Shown: piece after piece, positions 39,085-53,269 of the stretch | How the letters are laid out: every line of letters begins with the position of its first letter | How positions within the stretch are numbered: position 1 is the stretch's first letter | NCBI GenBank assembly: GCA_964106915.2 | Contig: OZ066925.1 | Direction: 5' to 3' (one strand) | DNA length: 64,000 nt | Source of the DNA: Podarcis gaigeae | Taxonomy: Eukaryota | Program-made: the position numbers and the translations under genes | The notes under the pieces: model-generated | Told to the model about the DNA's origin: nothing | Database searches by the model: none | The model's input: only the letters and a program-made list of their open reading frames with translations

Positions 39085-39325
39085 AATTTTAAAATGCTGC
39101 TGAGGGGGGTTGTTATATGGTCCTGTCAGTCAGTCCCGGTCACCAGCCTAGCTGCCACATTCAGGATTACTTGTAGTTTTGGAGTCACCTTCAAAGGAAG
39201 CCCCATTGTAGAGTGCATTGCAGTAATCCAAGCAGGAGATAACCAGAGCATGCACCATTCTGGTGAGACAGTGCGCAGGCAGGTAGGAACCAGATGGAAC
39301 TGGTAGACAGCTGCCTTGGATACAA
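39085..39325 (-). mobile_element. L2 LINE RT fragment
   Basis: Minus frame 'LTRMVHALVISCLDYCNALY' matches the L2 'LVHALV.SRLDYCN.L' motif. Confidence 0.85.
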
Positions 39326-40593
39326 ATACAGGGCAAAAGACCCAACTTGCCTTGTCACAAATAAAAAGGTGAGTCCACTCTAGTGCTTTGTCAGAGGCAT
39401 TTTCCTGACTGCTACCAGGTCACTGAATCAATCTAAGCCAGTGATTATTGAGTTTCAAATTTACAGAACTCTGATCTGACCATTTTTAGCTCAGTCCATT
39501 GGATCTAGGCAAGGCTACAACTAAGCTCATCAAATAAAATCTTCATAGCTAGTGAGAATGGGAGTAATAATACTCTAAACACCGATGCTGTCCAGTTATC
39601 TCTGGCTATGCAGCTTTGAAGGTGTGAGATGTTCTAGCATTCAATGTTGGGCTAGAAAATTATCTTCAACTGTGACCGGGGTATCTTTTTATCAACTCTC
39701 CCTTTTGTTGTGACCTGCTCATGAGTCCCGACAACTTTGCTGTTGCTGCAGAGGCTAGACAATGCACTACAAACCAAAACACATTACACTAGAGCTCAAG
39801 CATCTGGGCATAAATAAAACTGATGTTTTATCCTTATAAAACCTTTGATCCTGCATATCTCAGAGACTTTTTCCTCACTTACGTGCCACTGTGACCTTTA
39901 AAAGCACTCTCTTGACTTTACTTACAGAGAGGCTATTTTAAAAGCAAGGGCATGTAAATATTGTTCCCAGTGGCTGCCTACTACTATGGAATTCGCTTCT
40001 GCAAGAGACCTAGCAAATTTTGAACCCTGATCATTTTGCAGAATACTTTAAAATTTTGCTTGAGCTAGCGTTTAAGAGCCAAGGTTAAAGGCAGACCATT
40101 TTGGGTGACGGCAGAAGTTTTATATCATAATGTATATTTCATCAGACATGCTGTAAAGCCACTGATAAATGTTAATACCCTCTCCCTGACCCCTCAGAAT
40201 GAAACAGAATACTATGAATGCTCAGACGATGTAACAAGCTTACATTACATCCAATTCTGAAATCCTCGGATATATTAACTAGAAATTAGGAACAGGATTA
40301 ATCCTCCAAAAGGTATGAAAAATACTGGACTAGAAGACTTGTGTCAAACCAGAGATATAAATTGTATTTTTACATATACATTGCACAAACTTTTATGGCA
40401 TTTTCCACAAAAGCCAATTAAGATTTCTATCAGCTTCAATGGAACTGCCATTCAATCAGACAAGAAGTTACGGAAATTACATTAGCCCACAATTTTGAAT
40501 TTTAGTCCATAGAATTGAATCTTATAGCATAATCCTAGACACGTTTAGTCTGATGTAAGTCTCAGATATAAAATCCAAGTAAATAAACACTTA

Positions 40594-40830
<237 letters not shown>

Positions 40831-43800
40831 TTAAAATTAGTTTCTATGGTAGCTGTATGTGAAAACAGCCTGTAAGAAACCCCAAATTATGTTTGCTTTT
40901 TACAAAGCTATTGGGTATGGCTTTCCCCCGAACCGCCCGAAAGGTTCTCCATCTTGTGTTCTCTATTTGAACTCCAAGTATAGCTCAAGGACTAGCAACA
41001 AAATGAATGCATACAACAAACCTACTGTGAAAACTAGCATTTACAGTAAGTCAGTCAGTTCTCCATAGCTATGAATGGGGGAAAAAATCTAGACAAGAAG
41101 AGAAAACAGAATAAAATACAAACAAAACAGGAACTAGTCTGGTTGGTGTAATGGTAAATTTACAGTTCTCTGCTCTAACTCCTTTGCTCCTATATCAGTC
41201 TTTCAATTACTCTTTATTATATAATTTTGGTCCTTATAGTGAAATTGTTAAATTATATTAACAACAACTATCATTGTGCGAATAAAACTGAAAATGCTCA
41301 TTAAACATAAAAGTTGAATCGAAATAAGCAACCCTTGAAATATTTCAAATGCACCTAGTGTGTTCAGTTTTTGTATCTACTACTTACTAAAAGTCATGTG
41401 GTGCAAAAAGTACTTTACAATCTTTATTTTATAAACATGTTCACTCAGTGAGATGTACTGTAATCCCACTAATTTGAATGGATCTTGCATGGTAGTTAAT
41501 ATGTTTAGGACTGTATCATAAAGTTATTAACAAGTGAATGATATCATTTAAACATTTTCACTGACATCTGAATAAGAATTTACTTGTGTATGCCTGGAAT
41601 GTAACCTTTCAAGTCCAACCAACCTACAACATCTTTGTTAATCATACTCAGACTAAATTCAGCAAGAATTGTAAGAATATTTCGTTAGGTACAATGCCAA
41701 AGTACTTGGAAGGACTTTAAAACACCTCAGATTTTAGCATAACAAAAGTTACTTATACTTTAGCCCTCTTATTTTAAGATTCAAACGACCCCTTTAAAAA
41801 GGAAACAATTTTTTGGAAATACAGCTTTTTGCCCCATAAGCATTAGGCTACTTTAGGGCTTGCTAGCCTGTTTAACTGTTAATTTTACTTATTTTAATTG
41901 TTTTTAACTGTTCTTATTGATAATTTTAATATTTCTTGTAAATTGCTTAGAGGTTTCGGAAGAAGGTGACTGATGTTTCAGTGTTGCTCCGACCACTTGA
42001 AAGCTTGTGAAAACAGAAGGCTTATGTGCCATAGCTCCTGGGTGGTATATAGATTTTGCTGAATAAAAATAAATGAAAAACCACCACGCCTGAAGCAACA
42101 TGTATATGAATGCATTAGAAACCCCTTCAGCATTAATTAAAATTAGCTCTTGCATTCTAGATTCTTTATACGCTTGAAGTTTCCTTACACACTTTTCATA
42201 CTATCTAGCTCCTGCTTCCTGCTTGATTTGGACATACCCCCCCCCCCAAATCACTCTGCATTTTATTTCAAACAGCCAAATCTTCTCGCTCTACTTTGAG
42301 ACAAGCTAGTTTTGTCTGAACTCCTCATCCGCCTCCCTATCACCACGTGCAGCCGTGTTGGGCAACGAAAACCAATTTTCTAGCCAAGTTGGTAGTGCGA
42401 TAGCAATCCTGATGAGCAGCTGAAAAGAAAAGTTTGTTTGTATAAATATTTACTCCAGCTAGAAAATAATTCATTCCTTTTTTATGAAGGAACTCTGGCT
42501 TTGTCTACATTGGGTCTCCTCCTCTTGTTATAACACAGATGCCTCTTTCTTGCACACAAAAAGCTGCAGTCTTACACTGTGGACTTTGATTCATCAGACT
42601 CTAAAAGCCAACCCTTGACTGTTATAAACAGTACTATCCTACACCAAAACTCTAGGGGAGTTAATATTTGGAGTGTTTCAATTCAAACCCAGTTTTCTCA
42701 TTCATTTTCATACATATCTATATCTATATCTATATCTATATCGAGTTATCACACACATGGAGTGATCTTATTCACACAGTTGTTGCCAAGGTGTTATGAG
42801 CATGGTTGTCAGCTGAGCAACTTAAAACTATAGCACAGGGTCAACTGAACACATGAAAATCAATGAAGGCTTTAAAAACTACAATATAGACTAATATTAA
42901 AAAGGAATACCATAAGCAAAACTATGCTTTCAAGCTATACTGATGAAACAATACTTGGATCATTTTTAACAGCTTGTTTAAAAGGCAAGCCTACACATTT
43001 TTACACTGGCATTCTTAAAATTTAATGCTAGACCACAGAACTAAAGTCTAGAAATGGGAGTAATGGAATAAGAACATCCAAACGTACTTAGTGCATACTT
43101 GTAATTTAATGGAAAACTAGTGATGATAGAGAGTGGTAGTTATGTCAGGAAAAAGAAGGAAAAAAACTCTCACATGTAGCAACTTGGTAGGCAAAAATGG
43201 AAGTTTGGAAAAATACATTTTACTGAACTAGCAGAATCACAGAATTGAGGAGTTGGAAGGGGCACAGAGGGTCATCTAGTCCAACCCCCTGCAATGTAGG
43301 AACTGCAAGACGTGGCTCCTCATCCAATGTGAAACCTACTCAACTTTGCAAATGCGCTAGCAGTTTTCTTGCTGCACAGGGAGTATGCTCAACATGAAAT
43401 GCGTAGCTGGCCCACTAGTTGATATCTGCATCAAACCAAATTTTTCATGAATAGGATAGATAAAAGTTTTGATGTATATAGAACTGGTCTTTATACAAAA
43501 GGAGATACTGGCTGGAGAAAAGCTGCCTACACAGGAAGCCATTATAGTTGTGGCAGCACAAACTTCCAGATTTTTGTTGAAGCTGCACCTTTCTTCTTAA
43601 GGGAGGGATAGTATACAGCAGTAGCAGGACTGGAGGTAACACCACAATCCCCCTACCCCTTATAGACCTTGTGAAGAAAACCAATTTGTTTGAACTGCTT
43701 TTAATGGATATTGTGTCATTCGTATTGTAATGTATGTTGCAATGTGTTTGATGGGGGAAGTCTGGTAAGGTGAACTTTGGTTTATCTGTCACTGAGGGGC

Positions 43801-44509
43801 CTTAAGTGACAGTTGAGTAGGGGTTGGAAACAGAAGTCTCAGTATGCAAAAGAAGGATAGAAAGTATGCATAGTATCCTGGTGGTTGCGGCTCATAATTC
43901 TTATTGTGACTGGCTGGAGCTAGACTGGGGGTTTGGAGGCAGAAAAAATGAATATATGGCTGGGTGCTAGTCAGTCAGGGTCGGTTTGTTTTGGTTGATG
44001 GTTGGCTTCTGTGGTAAATGCAGAAGAAGATGACAACGACCAAGAGAAGAATTGAGGAAGAAGGAAGAAGACCTGAAAGGAAGGCAGAGTGACTAGGTAG
44101 CCTAAGACTTACTTGGGTAGCTGAATCACCTGGTATGGATAATGAGAAGATAACCTGTCTATGAAGAGCAGAAGTGAGAGGCAGTATGGAATACTAGGCT
44201 CTGGTGCTTGGCAGGAGAGGCAGAGAAAAGAGTCCACAACAGGACAGCAAAAACAGACCTTTGATTCAATAGGTCAAGTAGGGTTTGAAATAGAGCTCTC
44301 AAATGTATTGGTGGGGCTTAAATGGGGTGCAGTAAATACAAGAGCAGTCTAGCAGAGGAGCTTTCATAATGACTGGTTCCTCTAAGCTCTCTTAGTTTAG
44401 TAACAGTAGTGCAAAATAAGCTGTTGGCATTTAAAGCAACAGTAAGAAGTTATCAATGTGTTTACCTGGGCTCCTTTGGGAGGAAAGGCAGGATAGAAAT
44501 TTAATAAGT

Positions 44510-44558
<49 letters not shown>
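44510..44558. repeat. (AGAT)n microsatellite; adjacent 17 bp tandem duplication at 44591-44629
   Basis: Read directly. Confidence 0.95.
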
Positions 44559-44559
<1 letters not shown>

Positions 44560-45674
44560 TACCCATTTAAAGAGACAGTACTATATTAAACCTGTGCAAT
44601 ATATAATCCTGTGCAATATATAATCCTGTATTAAATAAGACTTTTAATATCTTTGTTTAATATAGTACCTAGACCTGATTGGCTTTGTTCCATGGAGTAT
44701 TGGTAAGTTAAGACAGCAAAGAGTGTAAGTGATATTAAATGGTGGCAGCATACTGGTTCAGAAAAACCATTGGAGCAGAAGTTTGCTTTAGTTAGTAAAG
44801 TAAGGAAATCGCCCCTCCCCTTCCCAGACCTGCTCAATTTGGACTTTATCTAGAATGCATCTGGCTTTCCTTCGGAGAAACTGAAAATAGCATTTGGGAT
44901 ATGTATGTGAAAATAATATGATAGAAGAATTATGAAATAGTGAACAGTGCAGGAATAGCCAAATTGTGGCTCAGGCTAGGATCTGACAGATCTGGGTTCA
45001 AATTCCTGTTCAGTCGGTGAACCACTTCATAACCTAACCTACATCACATGGGTGCTGAGAGGATGAAGTTAGTGGAGAATCACATACACAGCCCCAAGCT
45101 CCTTGGAGGAAGAACAAGAGGTAAGTGAAATTAGCCTTTCTTAAATTTGTTAGTTCTTTTACGAACTTTGCTAGCTTTCTACTCTGCTGCACAAATTAAA
45201 GAGGTGCAATGTTTTTTATCCACAGAAGAACGCTAAGACTAGTTTGCTTACTCGTCAGCTCTGGCAGTGAAAAGGGAGTGTCTAAGAGTGATCAGCTTAT
45301 TCAAAAGCAATGGTTCAATCTTACACTCAGCACACACAAGCTCAGTCTTCAGTAGGATTCAAATGCACATAGCTAGGAATGGGACAGCTGTTATCCACTA
45401 TACCAGTCCCTTCCTGAAATTTTTGTGCTAGGATAATGAGCATCCTGGAGGCCAAGCAACAATCAAGGATTTTAACCAAGGTTTCATTCTTACCATTTAC
45501 TTAACAAGTTCCAACTTATGTGAGAGGGTGGCAGGATTTCCACCTGGAAATCATTAAAAAATGCTAAAAAATGGAGGCCTACAGGACATGTGGGGTGAAA
45601 AAACTCCAGGAGACACCAGTCACACATTCCAGTCCGGGCGCCATGGCACAACGTTCAGACTAGATAGCATTCTG

Positions 45675-47342
45675 ACTTCCGGGTCGGCGCCATCGCCGAA
45701 TGGCGGGCTCCCTCCGAGCTCCGGAGGGAGCCGGCTTGGCAGGGGCTGGGTCCTACCGCACCGGCGATGCGGGGACCCTTAAAAACCACGGCCAGATTGA
45801 GGCCGTGGACATGGAGACTCGGCTGGCACCGTTAGCGCCCTCCCGACTCGTGAAGGAGCCTTTTTAAAGGCTACGGATCGGGTGCCGGGGAGAAGCGTGG
45901 TGCTTTGAGTCCTCTGCTATCCCTGCCGAGCGCAGCCGCATGCCATCCGGCGGAGAGCGCTGACTTCTTCTATTGAAAATTCGGCTCTAAAGAAGAACCC
46001 GTGAGTAATTGGAATATGGACTAAAAAAAAGGGGGGATAAATTTTTTAAAATTCGGAGCGAACGGGGGAGGTGGAAAAAAGGAAGTCAGCCTACCCCTAA
46101 ATTGTAGAAGAGCCAAAACAAAGGACTGGATAACTAAGATCGAGTGTAACCTTATCTTGCCGAATCAGCAACTTCGCGAGGGAAAATTATAAGATTGAGC
46201 TGGAGGAGAAAAGTGGAATTGTCTTTAAAAGCAACCCCCCCCGGAATCCCTGGAGCGATTTGTGAAACTGCCTGGAGAAAAGTGATGGAGGTTTTGACAG
46301 CTGTCAAAGAGCTGTCAAAAAGGAAGATTAAAATAGAGACTTTGTTATGAGGACTTTGCCGGTTATATTTGTTACAAATTGAATACAAATTGTTTTAAAT
46401 ATTGGTCAACAAGCTACTTGGTCTGGTGGATGTGATTCTGGAAGGGAACTTTGTTACTGCAATCCACCTAGAGGAGTCGAGGGACATTGCATGTGTTTTT
46501 CACAGGAAATGTGAACAGTTGAATGGAACTTTCAATCTCCTGGGAAACTGCAGGAATGGAACACTATTTTGTCTACAGAGGTCTACACACTACAGGAAAC
46601 AATGGAACTATTTGTTGGAAAATGAAAGGAACATGATGTAATGCTTTGCTTCATGAATAACAAACCTCTGCAGAGACACTAGAAACTTTTGGAAAAAGAA
46701 CATTTCTGTGGGGAACAGAGAAATAAAAAGGAGGAGAATGATTGATAAGAACAAGGAAACAACAAGAACTGGACAGAACTGGGGGAACATTTGGGATATT
46801 CAGGTTTGACAAGCTTATGGATATAAAATTGGAGTTTTTACTCCTGGATATAAAAACCTGGATAGAAGAAATGGGCCCTTATTTGATAGACTCCTTCTAC
46901 GATTGGACATCCGTAATTAAAGACTGGCAAAGAACCGGAGGGACATAGTGTAATGTGGGAACTCCAGGAAAATATTAGAAGTGGAGGGATAAGTGAAACG
47001 CAAAGGGGAAAGAGGGGAGGGAAAATTGGAATCCAAAGGCTGTAAAATTATTATTTATATTTATCTTATTTTCATCTGTACTATGTTTGAAAGGGGGAAA
47101 CCCGTGGAAGGGTATAGATCGATCTTAGGGAATGAGAATTTGGATAAATTGGGTTATTGACGAAGAGTGTAATTTGGGGATAAGAATTTGTTGAATTTAA
47201 TTGCTTATTTGGAAGATTTGGAATACAAGAGGGGGTAGGGAGGGGAAGTCCTAGTTATTGGCAATAGATTGGATTTAATTTGTTATGATTTGTTCTAATT
47301 TGGAAAACCTTAATAAAAATTATTATAAAAAAAAAAAAAAAA
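45675..47342 (+). mobile_element. non-autonomous polyA retro-element (1668 bp) inserted in the L1 endonuclease region
   Basis: Perfect 19 bp TSD cagactagatagcattctg (45656-45674 / 47343-47361), AATAAA plus A16 tail, CpG-rich 5' head, no long ORF. Confidence 0.9.
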
Positions 47343-49162
47343 CAGACTAGATAGCATTCTGCTCACATAAAGCCTGATCTCCTTGGTTGAAACAACAAAC
47401 ATTGGTAACATCAAGGTAACAGACCCTGTGGAAACTACCCTTAAATTAGGAGAGGGAACACAAACCACTCCATCATGGTCCTTTAGCCCTATCCTAACCA
47501 CAAACCAAGTAACTAGAGAAAGTCTCATGAAAACTCTTCAAAACTATTTCAAGGAAAATGATGCAGACAACTTAACAAGCCCCCTTCTCTGTGACGCAAT
47601 GAAAGCGGTCGCTAAAGGAGCTTACATAAAAGAGAAAGCATCACTCAAAAAACAAACCTCAAAAATTAGCAAGCTTGAATAAGACACCACAGCTCTTTCA
47701 ACACGATACAAACAAGCAGGAGCTTTAAAAACTCCATAAATTCATAGAACAAAAAGGAAGGGAGATTGACTCAGTAGAAATTAATAAAACAATGATCAAC
47801 ACTCTATACTCAAAACAACAATTTTACAAGTATGGAGGGGAAAACTCCAGACTATTAGCAAACAGGTGCAGGGAAAAAAATCACTTAAAACAAGACTACA
47901 CTGCATTACTAAAAAAGATGAAACACAACATTATCCTCTAAAAAAATAACATCAGAATTCAACTCTAATCTATACGCTTCCCAGAACCCGTATGATTAAG
48001 AAATCAAAACCTTTTTAGCAGGACTAGCCATGCCCAATTTTAACTGCAGAGCAATGCGAATTCATGGACAGTCCTATCACCTCAAAGGAATTAGAGATGC
48101 TCCTCAAAAATCTGAAATTCCAGGCCCAGATGGCTTCACAGCAGAATTCTATTAAAAAAAAAAATCAAGGTAAGTCTGGCACCCTACATGAGTCGCCTAT
48201 TTATTGACATCCTATAAGGACCCCCCATCCCAAAAATCTGGACCTCCTCCAAAATAGTCTCTATCCCAAAAGCATTCAAAGATACCCTCAAAGTAGAATT
48301 ATATTGCCCGATCTCACTGATAAATCAGGAGTACAAAATATTCACATCAATCCTGGCTAAATTTTCCTGCACAAGCTAATAGCCCCAGACCGAGCTAGCT
48401 TCGTCCCTTGTTGCAACATAACAAATCCCATCAGTAAGTTACTGAACTGATCAACCATAGCAAAACAACTAAAAACCCACCGACAATTATGTCCCTAGAT
48501 ATACCAAAAGCCTTTGATTGCTTTGAGTGGAAATACCTACTAGCAGTATTAACCAGCATGAACTTCGGTCCTTCTGTACTACAAACCCTCAGACAAATTT
48601 ACTCCCAAGCTTCAGCTAAATGCATAATCAACAATATGGATTCCACCACCATTGCAATCCAAAGAGGCATAAAGCAAGGATGCCCGCTGTCTCCCTTTCT
48701 ATTCATCGTGGCCCTGGAACCCATAGCAATTCATCTCCGGGTAGCCCCTAATATCATGGGTATGGAATTAACAGGCAAAACATATAAACTAGGACTCTTT
48801 GCGGACCACTTGATGTTCATGACACTAGGCCCAATTAAAACAGCAACCACTCTGACTGAAGAACTCAACACTTTTGCAATAGTGTCAGGCCTTCAGGTGA
48901 ACTTTGCTAAATCTGAGGCAATGTGCTTCAACACTCCCTCTCATATCCAAAAAGAATTCACCAACATCACAAAGATAAAGCTCCGCCGTACCAAGTTTAG
49001 ATACTTAGGGGTACAAATAACCAGAAACCTTAACAAATTACACCTACAAAATTACAAGCCTCTCTGGCAATAAATTGATAAAGACCTGAAAAGATGGAAT
49101 AAATCTAACTTTACTCTCTCAGATAAAATAGCCAGATAAAAATGATCATTCTCCCAAAATTA

Positions 49163-50063
49163 CCGTATTTTTCGCTCTATAACACGCACCTGACCATAAC
49201 ACGCACATCGTTTTTAGAGGAGGAAAACAAGGGAAAAAACATTCTGAATGAAACAGTGGATGTATCATTTTTGTGCTTCATGCTGTGGCCACAGACATGT
49301 GATCTGATGGTGAATTTGGGCTGACCCAATGCAAAAATCCTGAGAATCCCTGTGCATCCATGGTTTGTAACCACGTTTTTGCACCACTGCAGCCCCAGGC
49401 AACAGTGGGTGCGTGATTTTGGGGGGGCAGGCTGTAGCCATGGACATGCTATGTGCTCTGATGGTGAATTTGGGCTGACCCAATGCAAAGATCCTGAGGA
49501 TCCATGCTTTGTAGCCACATTTTAAGTGGGGAGCGAAGGAAAAACAAAGAAGGGACATTAGAGGGGTGTGCAGAGAAGCAGCTGGCTAAGAATGCAGGAG
49601 AGGGATTTAACGGGAGGGAGGAAAGAAAGGCAAAAGTTTCCCCCCNNNNNNNNNNNNNNNNNNNNNNNNNNNNNNNNNNNNNNNNNNNNNNNNNNNNNNN
49701 NNNNNNNNNNNNNNNNNNNNNNNNNNNNNNNNNNNNNNNNNNNNNNNNNNNNNNNNNNNNNNNNNNNNNNNNNNNNNNNNGCACCGGAGCTTGCCTGGAG
49801 GGGAGGGGCTTTCCCTGCTCTTTGTTCCGTTTCAGCAAACACAGCAACGAAACAGAGGAGGTTGGGCAGTAAGACCCTGAGGCAGAATGCAGGAAAGCAG
49901 CCGCTTCCTCTTTTCAGGTTTCGCTTCTCCGTGCAGCGCCGCGATTTGATTTTTGCATGATTTTTCGGCTCCAGGGACCACACATTTGCTCTATAACACG
50001 CACAGACATTTCCCCTTCCTTTTTAGAAGAAAAAATCTGCGTGTTATAGAAGGAAAAATACGG
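49163..50063. mobile_element. TcMar (Tc2/pogo-like) non-autonomous DNA transposon; contains a 135 N gap (49646-49780)
   Basis: TA|ccgtatttttcgctctataacacgca...tgcgtgttatagaaggaaaaatacgg|TA. Removing it restores the L1 frame ILPKL-TFSFQTLPM. Confidence 0.88.
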
Positions 50064-50210
50064 TAACCTTCTCATTCCAAACCCTTCCAATGCAGCTCAA
50101 ACCTTCCACAGAGAAACATGGCAAACCAAAGGCCTATACCCATATCAACATAGGAAATAAAGGATAAATAAGGAGACATTCAAGTACCCTGGTTAAAACA
50201 CCATCAACTA

Positions 50211-50371
50211 CCATATTTTCCCGTGTATAAGACTAGGTTTTTTCCCCTTAAAAATAATGTCAAAAATTAGGGGGCATCTTATACAGATACACCCCCCCCC
50301 TCTTAAATCTGAGTCCCCCAAAATGGGTGGCGTCTTATACATGGGGGCGTCTTATAGACGGAAAAATACAG
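50211..50371. mobile_element. TcMar (Tc2-like) MITE
   Basis: TA|ccatattttcccgtgtataagac...gtcttatagacggaaaaatacag|TA. Confidence 0.82.
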
Positions 50372-50666
50372 TACTTGCTTTTCTAAATAACCTAGCAGTA
50401 AAAGCAGTGGCCACTAGGCCCTTGACCACCTTTGAAAGCCTTCTTTTGTCGGCAGATGGACATAGTAAGGGGATGGTATCCACGATATACTGCTCCATAA
50501 CCCCACAATATCACCTGACACTATTAAAAAACAATGGGAACATGACAAAGGTTACAAAATAAACTCTACCCAATGTGGTCCAAATCTCCCTTCAAATCTC
50601 AGCCAAAAGAAGGAAACTCGTTTTGAAACTTAACAATAGCATCTGACACTGAGGAAATTGGCATTA

Positions 50667-50822
50667 CAGTGGAACCTTGTGTTATGTACCATCCTCCTCG
50701 CGAACGCGGCGGGTTACGAGCTCCGCTAACCCAGAAGTAGATCCCCTTGTTGCAAACTTTGCCCCGGGATGCAAGCAGAAGTTGCATGGCAGCAGTGCGA
50801 GGTGAAACCGGAGGTACCACTG
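50667..50822. mobile_element. TcMar/Tigger-like MITE
   Basis: TA|cagtggaacct...gaggtaccactg|TA; same right end as 34878-35117. Confidence 0.8.
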
Positions 50823-53219
50823 TAATACATCCAGGAAGCTTACCAAAATGCTGGAGAGGCTGTACTTATACAGGCACATGCCTCCACATGTGGTGGCAAC
50901 GTCCCCGAATCCAACCCTTTTGGACAGCAGTCCTACAAAAAGTAGGTAACACAACTAAACACTTATTAGAACCTACCCCAGAATTGGCCCTATTAAATAT
51001 TTTCCAAGACAATAATGCTCACTTGCACCATAAAGATCTTGGCAGCCAGAAACGTCATAGTTAAGACACTGAAGTGACTTGTCTGGAGTAAGCATGGACC
51101 ACTGGTACCAATTGTATGGGAAATGGCCTTGTTAGAAAAGTTAACCAACAGACTAAAACTGACCTGAGGACAAAAGAAAGATGACACATTCACTCCGGTA
51201 TGGCTCAAACTGACAACAGTAATAGCAGGGATCTTCCACCAGCATACTGATCAATATGGTTAACTTGACCCAATATTCCATATCCCCCTTCCGCAAACAC
51301 ATACAAATCTCACTACAGTTAATCAAAGGCAATTAAAGGCAAACAAACATGCCCTGCTCCCCCTCCAAATCTTCTCTCATTGACAGCGACGTGAAAACCC
51401 CTCTTCCCCTACCTTTAGAAACATATTGTTTTGCATTTTACATTGAACGTACCAAAATACTTTATAATCTGGTCAAAAAAAGAGAAAGAAATTGAAAGTT
51501 CTTTGTAGTTCATAAAAATCTTTAATAAAAATTATTTTTTTAAAAAACTTTGGCATTTCTTAAGCATTTTGTTTATGGCATAAGTATAATGAACAATTTA
51601 TTTTTTTAAAAAAAATCAGATCCGATTTGTATGTACAGCAATCTTCCATGTCCATTTCCCATTCACTCTCAAAAGTCATATATCTCCTCTCACACCATTA
51701 ATTTCAATATCAGGTATTTCACTGCACTTCTGTTATCATTACGCCATTGCATCTGGATTTACCCCTTATCCAGGAGTCTTGACATATACCATCAAACTAT
51801 TTTCCTTCTACTGCTGTGCGCATTAGGCAGAATGAGAAGTTCAGTAAGCTTGGCAACATGTCAGAACTACATAATACTGGGGACTGAGAGGGGGGGCTGG
51901 CATGGTGCACAGGAAGGAATATGAAAGGGACTGAATAGTTGGAAGGAAAGCTTGAATTATAACCAAGAAGTGGGGAATTGATGGCGAGACCGAAGCACTG
52001 AGCACTGTGGTGTTATGTGGTAAGTATGGGGCTGATGAAAATTAAGAGTAGAAATCTGCTGTTGACTTAATGAAATCTGTCATTCCATTATTATTGTACT
52101 TTGTCTGCAGAAATTAAGGGTTTGAGTCAAAGGTTCCCTTCCTTTGGGAGGAAAGCTTTAAAATGTTTGAGTTCTTTATAGATATTGCACCAGCTTTGTA
52201 TACAATGTATAGCTTTATGCCACAAATATACCTATTTTTTTATATTACTTTCTAACCTTGTTAAATCATGGTATGAGGCAGGGAGCGTATGGGAGAAACG
52301 GGGCATTTGTGGCATGAATAGCATAAGTCTGGCAGGCCCTTGACGTGGCCCTCTGGCTAGCTTAGCCCTCCAAGGCCCAGAGCAAGCAGTGTTAGAAACT
52401 CATATATCTATAAGCTAGGCGCAAAATGGCATCTTAAACCTAGATTACAGTCACCACACCAGAATGTCTATTTGCCAGGGAGTTGGACCAGATGACCCTT
52501 AGGGTCCCTTCCAACACTGCAATTCTATGGTCTCAACTACATTGCTTGACTGTAGCCTGTTCTTTCAACAATTCACTTGTCCCAGCATGCAAGAAGGAGA
52601 AACATGCACAGTGGAAAGGGAAATGGTATTAACGATGGATTAAGGCAGAGGTTTTTAAACTGTGGTTCGTTAGTTCCATTTGGGTGGCCTGTGGAAAGGT
52701 TGCAGCAGTGTCAAATAGATCTGTACTCAGCTCTGCCCTTACTTTCCTTGATGTGGTGATGGAGGACTGTGCGTGAGTCAGCTGGCTCGATGAAGAAGTC
52801 AGTTGCTAACTGGGTGCCCAGAAATCTCCACTTGGTTGCAACTGGACCCACGCCAGTAGCAAAACGCACCTGGGAAATTTCGAGCACTGGCTGAGCAAGT
52901 ATACCTGTGACTGTACTCCTAACCCTACGCCTACTCCCATGTGCTAGTCTGATAATGTAGTGTGTCAAGTTTTTCCTAAGGCATCATATTTGATAAAGGC
53001 ACTATCCCTGGAGAACAAACCTACCTATTGTTGGTATAACAACTTATTTAAAAATAAATTCAGGAGCAGACATCAGAATATGTACATAGGATTTCAGAAC
53101 CCTTCAGACATGCACAAGGAAGAGATCACCTACAATCTCTTAAATTGTTATATATGTTGGAAGCTGCCCAGAATGTCTGGGGCAATCCAGTCAGATGGGT
53201 GGGGGTACAATTTTTAAAA

Positions 53220-53269
<50 letters not shown>
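53220..53269. repeat. (TAC)n microsatellite at an L2-type tail
   Basis: Read directly. Confidence 0.95.

Larger units (their letters stand above)
45400..51547 (+). mobile_element. decayed, 5'-truncated L1-clade LINE (ORF2 remnants) interrupted by four insertions; antisense in IGF2BP3 intron 3
   Basis: APE motifs (DFN; GLQDMW..P...TFQSGRHGT.FRLD), RT motifs (SLDIPKAFD, RGIKQGCPLSPFLF, LFADHL, FRYLGVQIT), C-terminal Cys/His motif (CWRGC...GT.LHMWW..P.I..FW), AATAAA plus A/T tail near 51523-51547. Many stops and frameshifts; left boundary approximate. Confidence 0.9.

Noticed and set aside
43560-44460. Purine-rich segment resembling an LTR
   Set aside because: I could not define TG...CA ends, a TSD or a PBS, so it was left unannotated.
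48489-49073. 194 aa reverse-transcriptase ORF as an active or domesticated RT
   Set aside because: Fragment of a decayed L1. The catalytic motif reads FADH instead of (Y/F)ADD, and flanking frames have stops and frameshifts.
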